IMG/VR virus record: IMGVR_UViG_3300036796_000272
Coordinates: 1-32,487 of that record
DNA length: 32,487 nt
From: a virus
Taxonomy: Duplodnaviria; Caudoviricetes
Strand: one strand, 5' to 3'
The notes under the pieces are model-generated. The model had not been told where the DNA came from, did no database searches, and saw only the letters and a list, made by a program, of their open reading frames with translations. This document shows positions 25,298-32,487 of the stretch, in pieces (position 1 is the first letter of the stretch; every line of letters begins with the position of its first letter). Position numbers and translations under genes: made by a program.

Positions 25298-25327
25298 TAT
25301 GCCTATCAGATTTAATTGCGCAAGAAA

Positions 25328-27544
25328 TTATTGGAAGCCAGCCCAATCGCTAACCGCCGGATAGTGCATTGAAATATCACCAAATTTGACTTTAGCGCCG
25401 CGCGCCAGTGCCTCAAGTTCCCAGCGCGTCGGCTCGATGCCGTGTAGTGCCAGCTCTGAGTAAATTTTGGATACGCGATCGCGCTCGGCAGTGGTCAATC
25501 TGGCCGATGCAGCAGGCTCTATACGCTTATATGGGTCAATTCCTCTTTGCTGCCTGTTTATCTGCGGGGCATTTGCCTGTAAACGCGTTATAACAGACCG
25601 TGCAACGGTCATGTCATCCCAATCAATTGGGGTGTCTGGATGGTGTTCCATCACCGCCACAGCCTCTACAGGCTCGCCATCCTGCGTATTTTCGGCGCCA
25701 CCGCTGCCGACCAACCCACAGTTATTGACAGGACTCCGAGGCGCGCCGGAGGCGCTTTTCAAAGTCAAAGGCTCAACGGCAACGGCTTTAGCGACGATGC
25801 GCCATTGCGTGGTACGGGTTTCATAAACGCGATCGGCGCCGATATGCGGGGCAAAAATCCCCGCGATTTTCTGCACCTCTTCGTCATAGGCGTTGCGCTC
25901 ATCGGCAACCCGGCGAGCTACACGCACGGTCTGATCGTCGCGGGCAACGTTAGGGCCACCCTGCGCCAGAATGTAAGCGGCAAAATCACCGGCATCAGCA
26001 GCAGCGCGCACAGCCTCAACGGTTTCGTCAAACTCATCGGCTAGACTGACAGAGCGGATCTTGCGGCACTCGCGCCATGCGCCGCGCGACGGCAGGCCGA
26101 TAAAGTGGAATTGAGGAATTCGCCACGTTGACGCCCACGCTGTGACGGCGGCGGCCGTATCAGTCAACAGCTCGCCGGTTTCATGATCGCGCTCGCCATC
26201 CAGTGCGTAACCGTCGATGTTTTTTGCAATGTATTTAGCGATATAGCCCGCCGCACCGCCTTTGTTCAGGTGCTTGCAGTCAAAACGGTTTTTGGCGGCG
26301 CCGCGCTCGTCGCCGTCTTCGGCCATGGCATAACGGCGCATGATGTCGATCACCTGCTGGCGTTGTTCTTTGGAGGTGAACAGCATCATATGCCAGTGCG
26401 GCGTCGCATCATGGTGTGGCTCGACCACGCGCACGCCATAGACCTGCAGGCCCGCATCTTTAAACGCCGTGCGGATCTTGCTAAACAGGCTGACGAGATA
26501 GCGCTGGCCGTCTTTTGGCGTGTACGCCTCTTCATCCCATTTGTGATTAAAATGCACCTTCGGGCTGTTCTTGCCGACGGAGCGCGTCGGGTGATATTTG
26601 GATGGGGTGGTGATGGTGATAAACATCCCGCTATCGCCACGGATAGCGGCGGCCTGCTCAACACCGGCGATCATCGCCATTAACTCCATACGACGAATTT
26701 CCGGGTTAGAGATACTTGCCATCACCTTGTCGATTAGGCTGAAGCGTTCGCCGGTTTCGACGTTCTCAAGCTCGCGGCTATTCAGATAATCAAAATTGGA
26801 CTGGCGGCGCGCTTTCACATCCCGAATAGCCTGTTTACTGGCATACGACGACGCCCCGCGATTCACATTACCCAGGGCGATCAGCAACGCCTCGCGCCAG
26901 CGCGTGCGCTGGGACTTAAACTGGCGTTCCCACCACTCGGAATCAACCAACCGTGACAGGCTGGCAATCGCTGACCGGGCATCAAGTTTGCCCTTGCGGT
27001 ATTTGCGCCAGTGCATCGGGGTGATGTTGAAGGCGCGCGCCATACCGGCAATGCGGCCATAGAATTCTGATTGGGTGGCATCTTCGAAAAGCCCGGCATT
27101 GTCGCCGCCGTTCTCCGCCACAAACTCATCGCAGTAATCTGCGTAATTCTGCAGAAGCTGACCGGCCACGCGATCGGCAAGGCGGCGTAACTCTTTGTCA
27201 TCCATGCCGGGTAGAGCTGCATAGTTATCGACTTCAGCAGAAAACCGCATTGACGCGGCGAGGTTCATCGCGTTCTTGGCGCTCACCGTTTGCAGGCGCG
27301 GCCAGATGCGGCGATCGAACTGGAATACCAGCCATTTGTTGGCGTCGTGCAACCCTTTGCTTTTGAGCAAGTTGGTGTAACGCGTCAGGAACATGGCGCT
27401 GAGGAAGCGCGGCAGGCGGCGGATATTGGTTAAAACAGCTTGCCCCTGAGCGAGTTCCTCACGGGTAAGCGGTCTTACCGGCCCGGCAACAGCCGGGCGC
27501 GGTTCGTTCCATGGGTAAGCGTAGGCGTTAGCCGCTTGGCTCAT
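25328..27544 (-). CDS. A: Rolling-circle replication initiator gpA
   Basis: TITTPSKYH, RVVEPHHDATPHWH (HUH motif), AGYIAKYIAKNIDG with tandem tyrosines. Confidence 0.97.
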   Translation of the reverse strand: MSQAANAYAYPWNEPRPAVAGPVRPLTREELAQGQAVLTNIRRLPRFLSAMFLTRYTNLLKSKGLHDANKWLVFQFDRRIWPRLQTVSAKNAMNLAASMRFSAEVDNYAALPGMDDKELRRLADRVAGQLLQNYADYCDEFVAENGGDNAGLFEDATQSEFYGRIAGMARAFNITPMHWRKYRKGKLDARSAIASLSRLVDSEWWERQFKSQRTRWREALLIALGNVNRGASSYASKQAIRDVKARRQSNFDYLNSRELENVETGERFSLIDKVMASISNPEIRRMELMAMIAGVEQAAAIRGDSGMFITITTPSKYHPTRSVGKNSPKVHFNHKWDEEAYTPKDGQRYLVSLFSKIRTAFKDAGLQVYGVRVVEPHHDATPHWHMMLFTSKEQRQQVIDIMRRYAMAEDGDERGAAKNRFDCKHLNKGGAAGYIAKYIAKNIDGYALDGERDHETGELLTDTAAAVTAWASTWRIPQFHFIGLPSRGAWRECRKIRSVSLADEFDETVEAVRAAADAGDFAAYILAQGGPNVARDDQTVRVARRVADERNAYDEEVQKIAGIFAPHIGADRVYETRTTQWRIVAKAVAVEPLTLKSASGAPRSPVNNCGLVGSGGAENTQDGEPVEAVAVMEHHPDTPIDWDDMTVARSVITRLQANAPQINRQQRGIDPYKRIEPAASARLTTAERDRVSKIYSELALHGIEPTRWELEALARGAKVKFGDISMHYPAVSDWAGFQ
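25716..25744 (-). other. ori: Replication origin inside gene A (predicted nick between 25737 and 25736)
   Basis: GCGCCTCG^GAGTCCTGTCAATAACTGTGG matches the P2/186 ori. Confidence 0.9.
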
Positions 27545-27822
27545 TGAACTTTCGCCGCCTCACATGCAGCAAAAGCCTCTTGGCACAGGTTGCCAATGCG
27601 ACCAATTTCAGCGCCCAATGATGCAATGCTATTAACACTGGAATTGCGGACGCTGTGATGAATAAGGCCGTTTACAAGCTGGTTAATCGTAGGGTAATAG
27701 CCGAGAGCCTCGTAACGCTCTTGACCTTCGCTTTTTCCTGTTTTACCAACCTTCACCGTATTGAGAATGAATTGCAGGTTATCGCTGGTGATAACAAACT
27801 CATTGCCGATTTTAATTTCCAT
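27541..27822 (-). CDS. P2 Orf83-like early protein (DUF5405-like)
   Basis: I.IG..FVITSD..QFILN.......K..GQE....GYYP.I.QLV; lies directly before A. Confidence 0.8.
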   Translation of the reverse strand: MEIKIGNEFVITSDNLQFILNTVKVGKTGKSEGQERYEALGYYPTINQLVNGLIHHSVRNSSVNSIASLGAEIGRIGNLCQEAFAACEAAKVQ

Positions 27823-27831
27823 GTTATTTCC

Positions 27832-27948
27832 TTAATCGTAATTTTGGTTTTCTGGTCTGCGTGCAAATTCTGAATCGCTCAAATCAGCCGCAATAAAATG
27901 ACCTGCCAGCAACGCCAGCAGGCCGAACAAAATAGAGAACTCCGTCAT
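27832..27948 (-). CDS. 38-aa peptide MTEFSILFGLLALLAGHFIAADLSDSEFARRPENQNYD
   Basis: Translated by hand. ATGA overlap with the upstream stop; its stop abuts the RBS of the next gene; N-terminal hydrophobic helix. Confidence 0.65.
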   Translation of the reverse strand: MTEFSILFGLLALLAGHFIAADLSDSEFARRPENQNYD

Positions 27949-28169
27949 GCCTTCCCCGCGTAAAGGTGATTTTGCGTCTCGCGGATTTGCTGACAGCTTA
28001 CGCATGTATCAACGCCGGGAACGGCAGCGCGGCGCGCAGCAGGAATCGGAGCGTCACATTCTTCACAAACGAAAGCAGAAGGCAGCGCAGAAGATTTGCG
28101 AGCGTTGGCGATCTGCGCGTTTAGTACCAGCGCTTGCCGCTCCTGTTCGTAGTCCATCAAGTCGGCCAT
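27945..28169 (-). CDS. TraR/DksA C4 zinc-finger protein (P2 Orf82-like)
   Basis: MADLMD..Q, CEECDAPIPAARR.AVPGV.TCVSCQ. Confidence 0.92.
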   Translation of the reverse strand: MADLMDYEQERQALVLNAQIANARKSSALPSAFVCEECDAPIPAARRAAVPGVDTCVSCQQIRETQNHLYAGKA

Positions 28170-28480
28170 TAGTGCAACTCCGATTTTTTATTCAGTTGAA
28201 TTAGAGCCTGTCGCCCTAATTCCGCTACACGGTGCGATTCTTTAATGACATCGCTAACATTTGTAATTGATTGATGAAATACGCCTCGATTAACGGATAA
28301 ATTAATCAGGTCAGAGATCAGTTTTAACTCATTAGAGTAAACCGCTCTTGTTGGATAATGTTTCTCCTTGGTTTCTTTGTCTGTTTTTACATCCGCCAGA
28401 ATTAAAGCTTCCGGGTTAGTCCCTTGCGCTTCAATTTTAATGATGGCGAAGGTGCCATTAACTTCAACCACGTTAGCCAT
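28169..28480 (-). CDS. Early hypothetical protein (Orf81 position)
   Basis: Translationally coupled (TAATG) on both sides; layout loosely like the Orf83-type protein. Confidence 0.7.
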   Translation of the reverse strand: MANVVEVNGTFAIIKIEAQGTNPEALILADVKTDKETKEKHYPTRAVYSNELKLISDLINLSVNRGVFHQSITNVSDVIKESHRVAELGRQALIQLNKKSELH

Positions 28481-28722
28481 TAGTGCAGCTCCTGCGCTTG
28501 ATTCTCTATCGACTCGGCCTCTTGGCGGAGCAGCTCTACAGCCTCGGCAGCCGTTAAGCCGTTCTTAGAGATATGTGCAGCCAAACGTACCAAACGAGCA
28601 GCGGCGAGATCGGCTTGGTTCTTACGCTCATCAAGGCGGGCGTTATCAAGCAACACAGCCACCTGTGAAATATCGCCACCTTCCTTTGCCGGGTCTAACC
28701 CTATAAAAATCACATTCGACAT
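28480..28722 (-). CDS. DUF2732 family early protein (Orf80-like)
   Basis: LL..AR.DERK..A.....RL..LA.HI....L...EA.ELLRQEAE. Confidence 0.85.
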   Translation of the reverse strand: MSNVIFIGLDPAKEGGDISQVAVLLDNARLDERKNQADLAAARLVRLAAHISKNGLTAAEAVELLRQEAESIENQAQELH

Positions 28723-28785
28723 ATTTAACCCTTATTTCAGACAAAGCGATGCCCGGCGGGTTAACGCCAGAATTACGCAATGCAG

Positions 28786-29088
28786 TTAATTAACGTTTAA
28801 TTCGCAATCATCATCACTGATAAATCGCGGCAAGGTTTTTGATAAATCAATCAGGTCATTCAGCGCCCACACAATTTGTTTACGCTCTGAATAACTCATT
28901 TCTGCAAACTTCATTTTTATATGCCGCTCTTTCAGCCCGGCATGAAAACAAACAGTTCTGCGGATATGTTCCGGCGACTTATCAAAAGCCTCTTGCGCCT
29001 GATTCTGCTTATGAGGGAACAGCTCACGCTTAATCTGTGAAATGCGCTTAATGCCGATCGCTTTTTGTGTTTCAGTAGCCAACAACAT
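28786..29088 (-). CDS. Early protein, DUF5347-like
   Basis: F.A....RH......E....E.K....A.N pattern and position after fil. Confidence 0.65.
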   Translation of the reverse strand: MLLATETQKAIGIKRISQIKRELFPHKQNQAQEAFDKSPEHIRRTVCFHAGLKERHIKMKFAEMSYSERKQIVWALNDLIDLSKTLPRFISDDDCELNVN

Positions 29089-29099
29089 GACAGCCCCAA

Positions 29100-29288
29100 T
29101 TAACGGCAGAAAAAACGGCGCAGCGATGAAACTGGCTTAGTCGTTGACAGGCCACGCAGTAAGGCCGCCTGATCGTGACGTGGGCGCCAGCGCTTGCCGC
29201 CCGGCAGTTCAATAAAACCGTGTTCAAAATGCCGCGATGGGCTTTGTTGTTTCAGCAGCGGAGCGATAGAAATAACCACGGTGATCAC
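29100..29288 (-). CDS. fil: Fil-like phage filamentation protein
   Basis: SIAPLLKQQSPS.HF.HG.I....GKRWRP; follows cII as in 186. Start uncertain. Confidence 0.8.
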   Translation of the reverse strand: MITVVISIAPLLKQQSPSRHFEHGFIELPGGKRWRPRHDQAALLRGLSTTKPVSSLRRFFCR

Positions 29289-29289
29289 C

Positions 29290-29799
29290 TCAGCTTAAAC
29301 CAGCAACAGCACTCAGCCCGCTGATCACGTCAACGGTGGATGCCAGAGCCGGGGTGGATTGGATGCGGTTCTGAACGGTCAAGCCGATCAGCGACAAATG
29401 GCGGATCGCCGTGTTGACGCTTTCAAGCAGTGCGCTTTTGCGTACCGGCGTTTTGTGGTCGCCTTGAACGGCGGCGGCGGCAACGTTGCCAACTGCGGCC
29501 GTAGCCTGCAGTGCATACGTTGGAATATTCCCGGCGCAAGCCTCATTGACAGGCACGGACGGCATGCAGTTGATTTGTGCCAGCAAGGCATCAATCAGGC
29601 TGGAATCCTCTGTAGCGTCAGTGATTGCCAGCAGTTCGGCACACGTGAGCTGATGCGGCTGGCCCGGACTCAATTTGTTGCGCAGCGTCTGGGCGTTCAT
29701 GTCGAGCTGTTTAGCAAGACCCGTCACATTGTGGCGAGCTGGAAACTGTCGGCAGGCTTCAACGAAGTGCGGATGTTTAGAAATGGCATAATCAAACAT
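29290..29799 (-). CDS. cII: 186-type CII activator of lysogeny establishment
   Basis: MFDY..SKHPHF.EACR.F..RHN, QTLRNKL.P.QPHQLT; 169 aa. Confidence 0.93.
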   Translation of the reverse strand: MFDYAISKHPHFVEACRQFPARHNVTGLAKQLDMNAQTLRNKLSPGQPHQLTCAELLAITDATEDSSLIDALLAQINCMPSVPVNEACAGNIPTYALQATAAVGNVAAAAVQGDHKTPVRKSALLESVNTAIRHLSLIGLTVQNRIQSTPALASTVDVISGLSAVAGLS

Positions 29800-29829
29800 G
29801 GTTAGCCCTACTCTAATAGATAAAATAGA

Positions 29830-30051
29830 TTAAGCCTGAAGAGAGACGCTACATTCACTCAGGGCCAGCACTGTCAAGGCTGCCATGTTCACTTCTATGA
29901 GCCCTTTCTTCTGCTTGCCCTTTGGCTTGATAGGTAATTTTCCATATTCAATCAAGTTCTTAGCTGTTTCTTTGTTGGTTCCAGTACGGCGGCAATACTC
30001 CTCTAACGGGAGGTAGGGTTCAGGGATGACAATTGTAATGTTAGGTCGCAT
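29830..30051 (-). CDS. apl: Apl/Cox-type excisionase-repressor
   Basis: I.I.IP.PYLPLEEYCRRTG, GKLPI, VNMAAL; divergent from cI. Confidence 0.88.
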   Translation of the reverse strand: MRPNITIVIPEPYLPLEEYCRRTGTNKETAKNLIEYGKLPIKPKGKQKKGLIEVNMAALTVLALSECSVSLQA

Positions 30052-30081
30052 AAGGCAAACTCCGTCTGTTTAACCGTGTAC

Positions 30082-30108
30082 GGCAATACACGGCAATATA
30101 AGTCAATA
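30082..30108. promoter_or_regulatory. Apl operator repeats in the pR/pL switch
   Basis: GGCAATA, GGCAATA, GTCAATA at 10-bp period; same motif next to att. Confidence 0.72.
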
Positions 30109-30174
30109 CTCACCACAAGCTATGTCGAGCACTTTAAGTTCGCCAAAAGCTAAAATCAAGGAAAAGTTCACTAA

Positions 30175-30750
30175 ATGATAAACATAGACTTCACTAAAGG
30201 TGGCTCCGCAGTGTTAGACAGGGTCCTCGAAGCCTACGGATTCAAAATGAGAGTACAACTAGCTGACCACCTCGGCATCGCGTCAAGCAGCATGGCAATG
30301 CGCTATAAAAGAGATATATTTCCAGCAGATATAGTCATTCGCTGCATGTTAGAAACAGGGGTGACGCTCGAGTGGATTACAACCGGCAAGGGAAAAAAAT
30401 TCGAGAATGGTGATTCAAGTGCGTTACATCTAACTAGACAAAGACTAGTCAATGGGCAGCTACAAGACTTTGGCTCCATTCTCTTTGATGCAGGAATGTT
30501 CTTGGATTCCCACAACCAACCAACAGCACCTATTTGCATAGTTGATGACCGAACTCAGTACATCGTTGATAAGCATTTCAGTGAAGTAAATGACGGTTTA
30601 TGGCTGGTTGAAATAGAAGGTAAGGCAGGCATCCGTACGCTTACACGCATACCGGTTAAGAAGGTGCGCATTAGCGGTCATGGCGCCGCTTTTGATTGCG
30701 ATATTGATGATATAACCGTGCTTGGGCGCGTTGTTCTGACGGTGGAATGA
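30175..30750 (+). CDS. cI: 186-type CI immunity repressor
   Basis: GG.AVLDRVLEAYGF....QLADHLGIASSS...RY.R..FPAD, DGLWLVEIEG; 191 aa. Confidence 0.95.
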   Translation: MINIDFTKGGSAVLDRVLEAYGFKMRVQLADHLGIASSSMAMRYKRDIFPADIVIRCMLETGVTLEWITTGKGKKFENGDSSALHLTRQRLVNGQLQDFGSILFDAGMFLDSHNQPTAPICIVDDRTQYIVDKHFSEVNDGLWLVEIEGKAGIRTLTRIPVKKVRISGHGAAFDCDIDDITVLGRVVLTVE

Positions 30751-31787
30751 TAATGCCTGTACGGAAGCTGCCCGACGGGCGTTGGATAGCAGATTTCTAT
30801 ACCGTTGATCGCAGTAACGGTAATGAGGGTAAGCGGGTTCGTAAAAAGTTCGCCACTAAGGGCGAAGCTCTTGCGTTTGAAAATTACACACTCGAACAAA
30901 TTGAGTCAGCGCCTTGGCTCGGGGAAGGAAAAGAAAAACGTCGGCTGACCGAATTGGTCGAGCTATGGTTTAGCCGCCATGGCATTACCTTGAATGATGG
31001 TGAAAAGCGTAGAAGCTCGATGCTCTGGGCTGCCGAGTGTATGGGCTTCCCTCTAGCCACAGAATTTAATGCACAACTATTTACAGCCTATCGAGCTAAA
31101 CGCTTGGGCGGCCATTTTGCTCGAACAAAACGAATAGCAAAAGTTTCACCTCGCACCTTAAACCTTGAACTGGCGTATTTTCTCGCAGTGTTTAACGAAC
31201 TTAGAAGATTAGGTGAATGGGTACAGCCAAACCCACTTGAAAACGTCCGCCAGTTTCGTGTAGACGAAAGCGAGATGGCCTATCTTACAGATGAGCAGAT
31301 CGGTTTGCTTTTGCATGAATGTCGCAATAGTTCAGCTAAGGATCTGGAAATGGTTGCCAAGCTCTGTTTGGTGACAGGAGCAAGATGGAGTGAGGCTGAG
31401 AACTTGAAAAGCTCTCAGGTTTCGGGAAACAAAATCACCTTTGTTAAAACCAAAGGAAAGAAAAATCGAACGATACCGATTGACCCTTTACTTGCTGACG
31501 AACTACCTAAACGAAACGGCGCTTTGTTTACCCCATGCTATTATGCTTTCCGTTCTGCAATTGAACGGGCTGGCATTGTATTGCCAGATGGTCAAATGAC
31601 CCACGTTTTGCGGCATACCTTTGCGAGCCATTTCATGATGAACGGTGGAAATATTCTCGTTTTGCAAAGAATTCTCGGTCATACCGACATCAAAATGACA
31701 ATGCGATACGCCCATTTTGCCCCCGACCATTTTGAAGATGCCGTAAGACTTAACCCCCTTACAAAATGTCGCAAAAGTGTCGCATGA
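30747..31787 (+). CDS. int: Tyrosine integrase (start 30747 or 30753)
   Basis: TGARWSE, KTKG, HVLRHTFASH, LGH, MRYAH. Confidence 0.97.
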   Translation: MIMPVRKLPDGRWIADFYTVDRSNGNEGKRVRKKFATKGEALAFENYTLEQIESAPWLGEGKEKRRLTELVELWFSRHGITLNDGEKRRSSMLWAAECMGFPLATEFNAQLFTAYRAKRLGGHFARTKRIAKVSPRTLNLELAYFLAVFNELRRLGEWVQPNPLENVRQFRVDESEMAYLTDEQIGLLLHECRNSSAKDLEMVAKLCLVTGARWSEAENLKSSQVSGNKITFVKTKGKKNRTIPIDPLLADELPKRNGALFTPCYYAFRSAIERAGIVLPDGQMTHVLRHTFASHFMMNGGNILVLQRILGHTDIKMTMRYAHFAPDHFEDAVRLNPLTKCRKSVA

Positions 31788-31823
31788 AGTTAGGTTTATT
31801 GACCTATATTGCCTTACATTAAC
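31763..31823 (+). promoter_or_regulatory. att arm: Int arm-type repeat and Apl repeats
   Basis: AAAATGTCGCA/AAAGTGTCGCA tandem (31763-31784); TATTGAC, TATTGCC, CATTAAC at 10-bp period (31797-31823). Confidence 0.68.
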
Positions 31824-31879
31824 CTTTTAACCTGTTGTTATTTAACTAAGTTATTGTTTTTTGGTTGGCCTAAATGGTT

Positions 31880-31924
31880 CTCATAATCGCTTGGTCGTTG
31901 GTTCAAACCCAACAGGGGCCACCA
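31880..31924 (+). other. att core: 3' half of tRNA-Ile(CAU) (ileX/ileY-like), not a full tRNA
   Basis: CTCATAATCGCTTGGTCGTTGGTTCAAACCCAACAGGGGCCACCA covers anticodon loop to CCA; the 5' half is missing. Phage 186 uses the same tRNA type. Confidence 0.92.
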
Positions 31925-31949
31925 AATTTTAGCTGTTTTCACAGCCTTA

Positions 31950-31978
31950 CAAGCCATCCTGTCCGGGATGGCTTTTTT
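31950..31978 (+). terminator. Host terminator/palindrome after the tRNA locus, upstream of aac(6')-Ic
   Basis: aagccatcct-gtcc-gggatggctttttt. Confidence 0.85.
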
Positions 31979-32046
31979 GTTTCCCGCTGCCGTGCCACAC
32001 TTCCCTCTCGGCATTCCTGATTTATTCCGACTCATAAGGCCCCTGC

Positions 32047-32487
32047 ATGATCGTCAACTGCGACCACGACAACCTCGACGCCTGGCTGGCGCTGCGCTCG
32101 GCGCTGTGGCCCACCTGCCCGCGGGAAGAACACCGCGCAGAAATGCGCGAAATATTGGCTTCGCCGCACCACACCGCGTTTATGGCGCGGGGGCTGGACG
32201 GCGCTTTCGTTGGCTTTGCCGAGGTCGCGCTGCGCTACGATTATGTCAACGGCTGCGAATCGTCGCCGGTGGCGTTTTTGGAAGGGATTTATACCATCGA
32301 ACGCGCCCGCCGCCAGGGCTGGGCGGCGCGCCTGATCGCGCAGGTGCAGGAGTGGGCCAAGCAGCAGGGGTGCAGCGAGCTGGCGTCGGATACCGATATC
32401 GCCAATCTGGACTCCCAGCGCCTGCATGCGGCGCTGGGCTTTGCAGAAACGGAACGGGTGGTGTTTTACCGAAAAACGCTTGGCTGA
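32047..32487 (+). CDS. aac(6')-Ic: Aminoglycoside 6'-N-acetyltransferase, chromosomal Serratia marcescens type
   Basis: 146 aa; W.ALR.ALWP, FAEVALRYDYVNGCESSPVAFLEGIY, ELASDTDIANLDSQRLHAALGFAETERVVFYRKTLG. Confidence 0.95.
   Translation: MIVNCDHDNLDAWLALRSALWPTCPREEHRAEMREILASPHHTAFMARGLDGAFVGFAEVALRYDYVNGCESSPVAFLEGIYTIERARRQGWAARLIAQVQEWAKQQGCSELASDTDIANLDSQRLHAALGFAETERVVFYRKTLG

Larger units (their letters stand above)
1..31924. mobile_element. P2-like (186/PSP3-type) prophage integrated at a tRNA-Ile(CAU) gene; the left att lies outside the window
   Basis: Full P2/186 gene order from ogr to int, with cos, ori and a tRNA-derived att core. No broken core gene seen. Confidence 0.97.

Noticed and set aside
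31860-31924. Complete tRNA-Met or tRNA-Ile gene
   Set aside because: The acceptor 5' strand and D arm are absent; only the duplicated 3' half is present.
1-32487. CRISPR array, IS element, retron or recognisable named multi-gene defence system
   Set aside because: No regularly spaced repeats, transposase, reverse transcriptase or known defence domain was seen apart from hicAB.

Overview
Bases 1-31924 are an apparently complete P2-like temperate prophage of the coliphage 186/PSP3 type. It carries ogr, tail, baseplate, lysis and head genes, cos, the rolling-circle initiator A with its ori, early genes, the cII-apl-cI switch and int, and ends at an att core equal to the 3' half of a tRNA-Ile(CAU) gene. 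The host flank carries aac(6')-Ic, which points to Serratia marcescens. The other att end and the intact tRNA should lie just upstream of the window. Accessory DNA sits in four places. (1) Between the tail sheath promoter and the tail fibre assembly gene (about 7100-8097): a gtr-like GATC/OxyR-type element, three tandem promoter-hairpin-terminator units that look like small RNAs, a YmgB/AriR-like gene and a 32-aa membrane peptide, with most of this block bracketed by two near-identical terminators. (2) A small membrane ORF between V and W. (3) hicAB between the portal gene and cos. (4) A LexA-controlled tum/orf97-like pair plus two unknown envelope proteins between A and cos. All family calls come from recalled sequence similarity and synteny, not from database searches.
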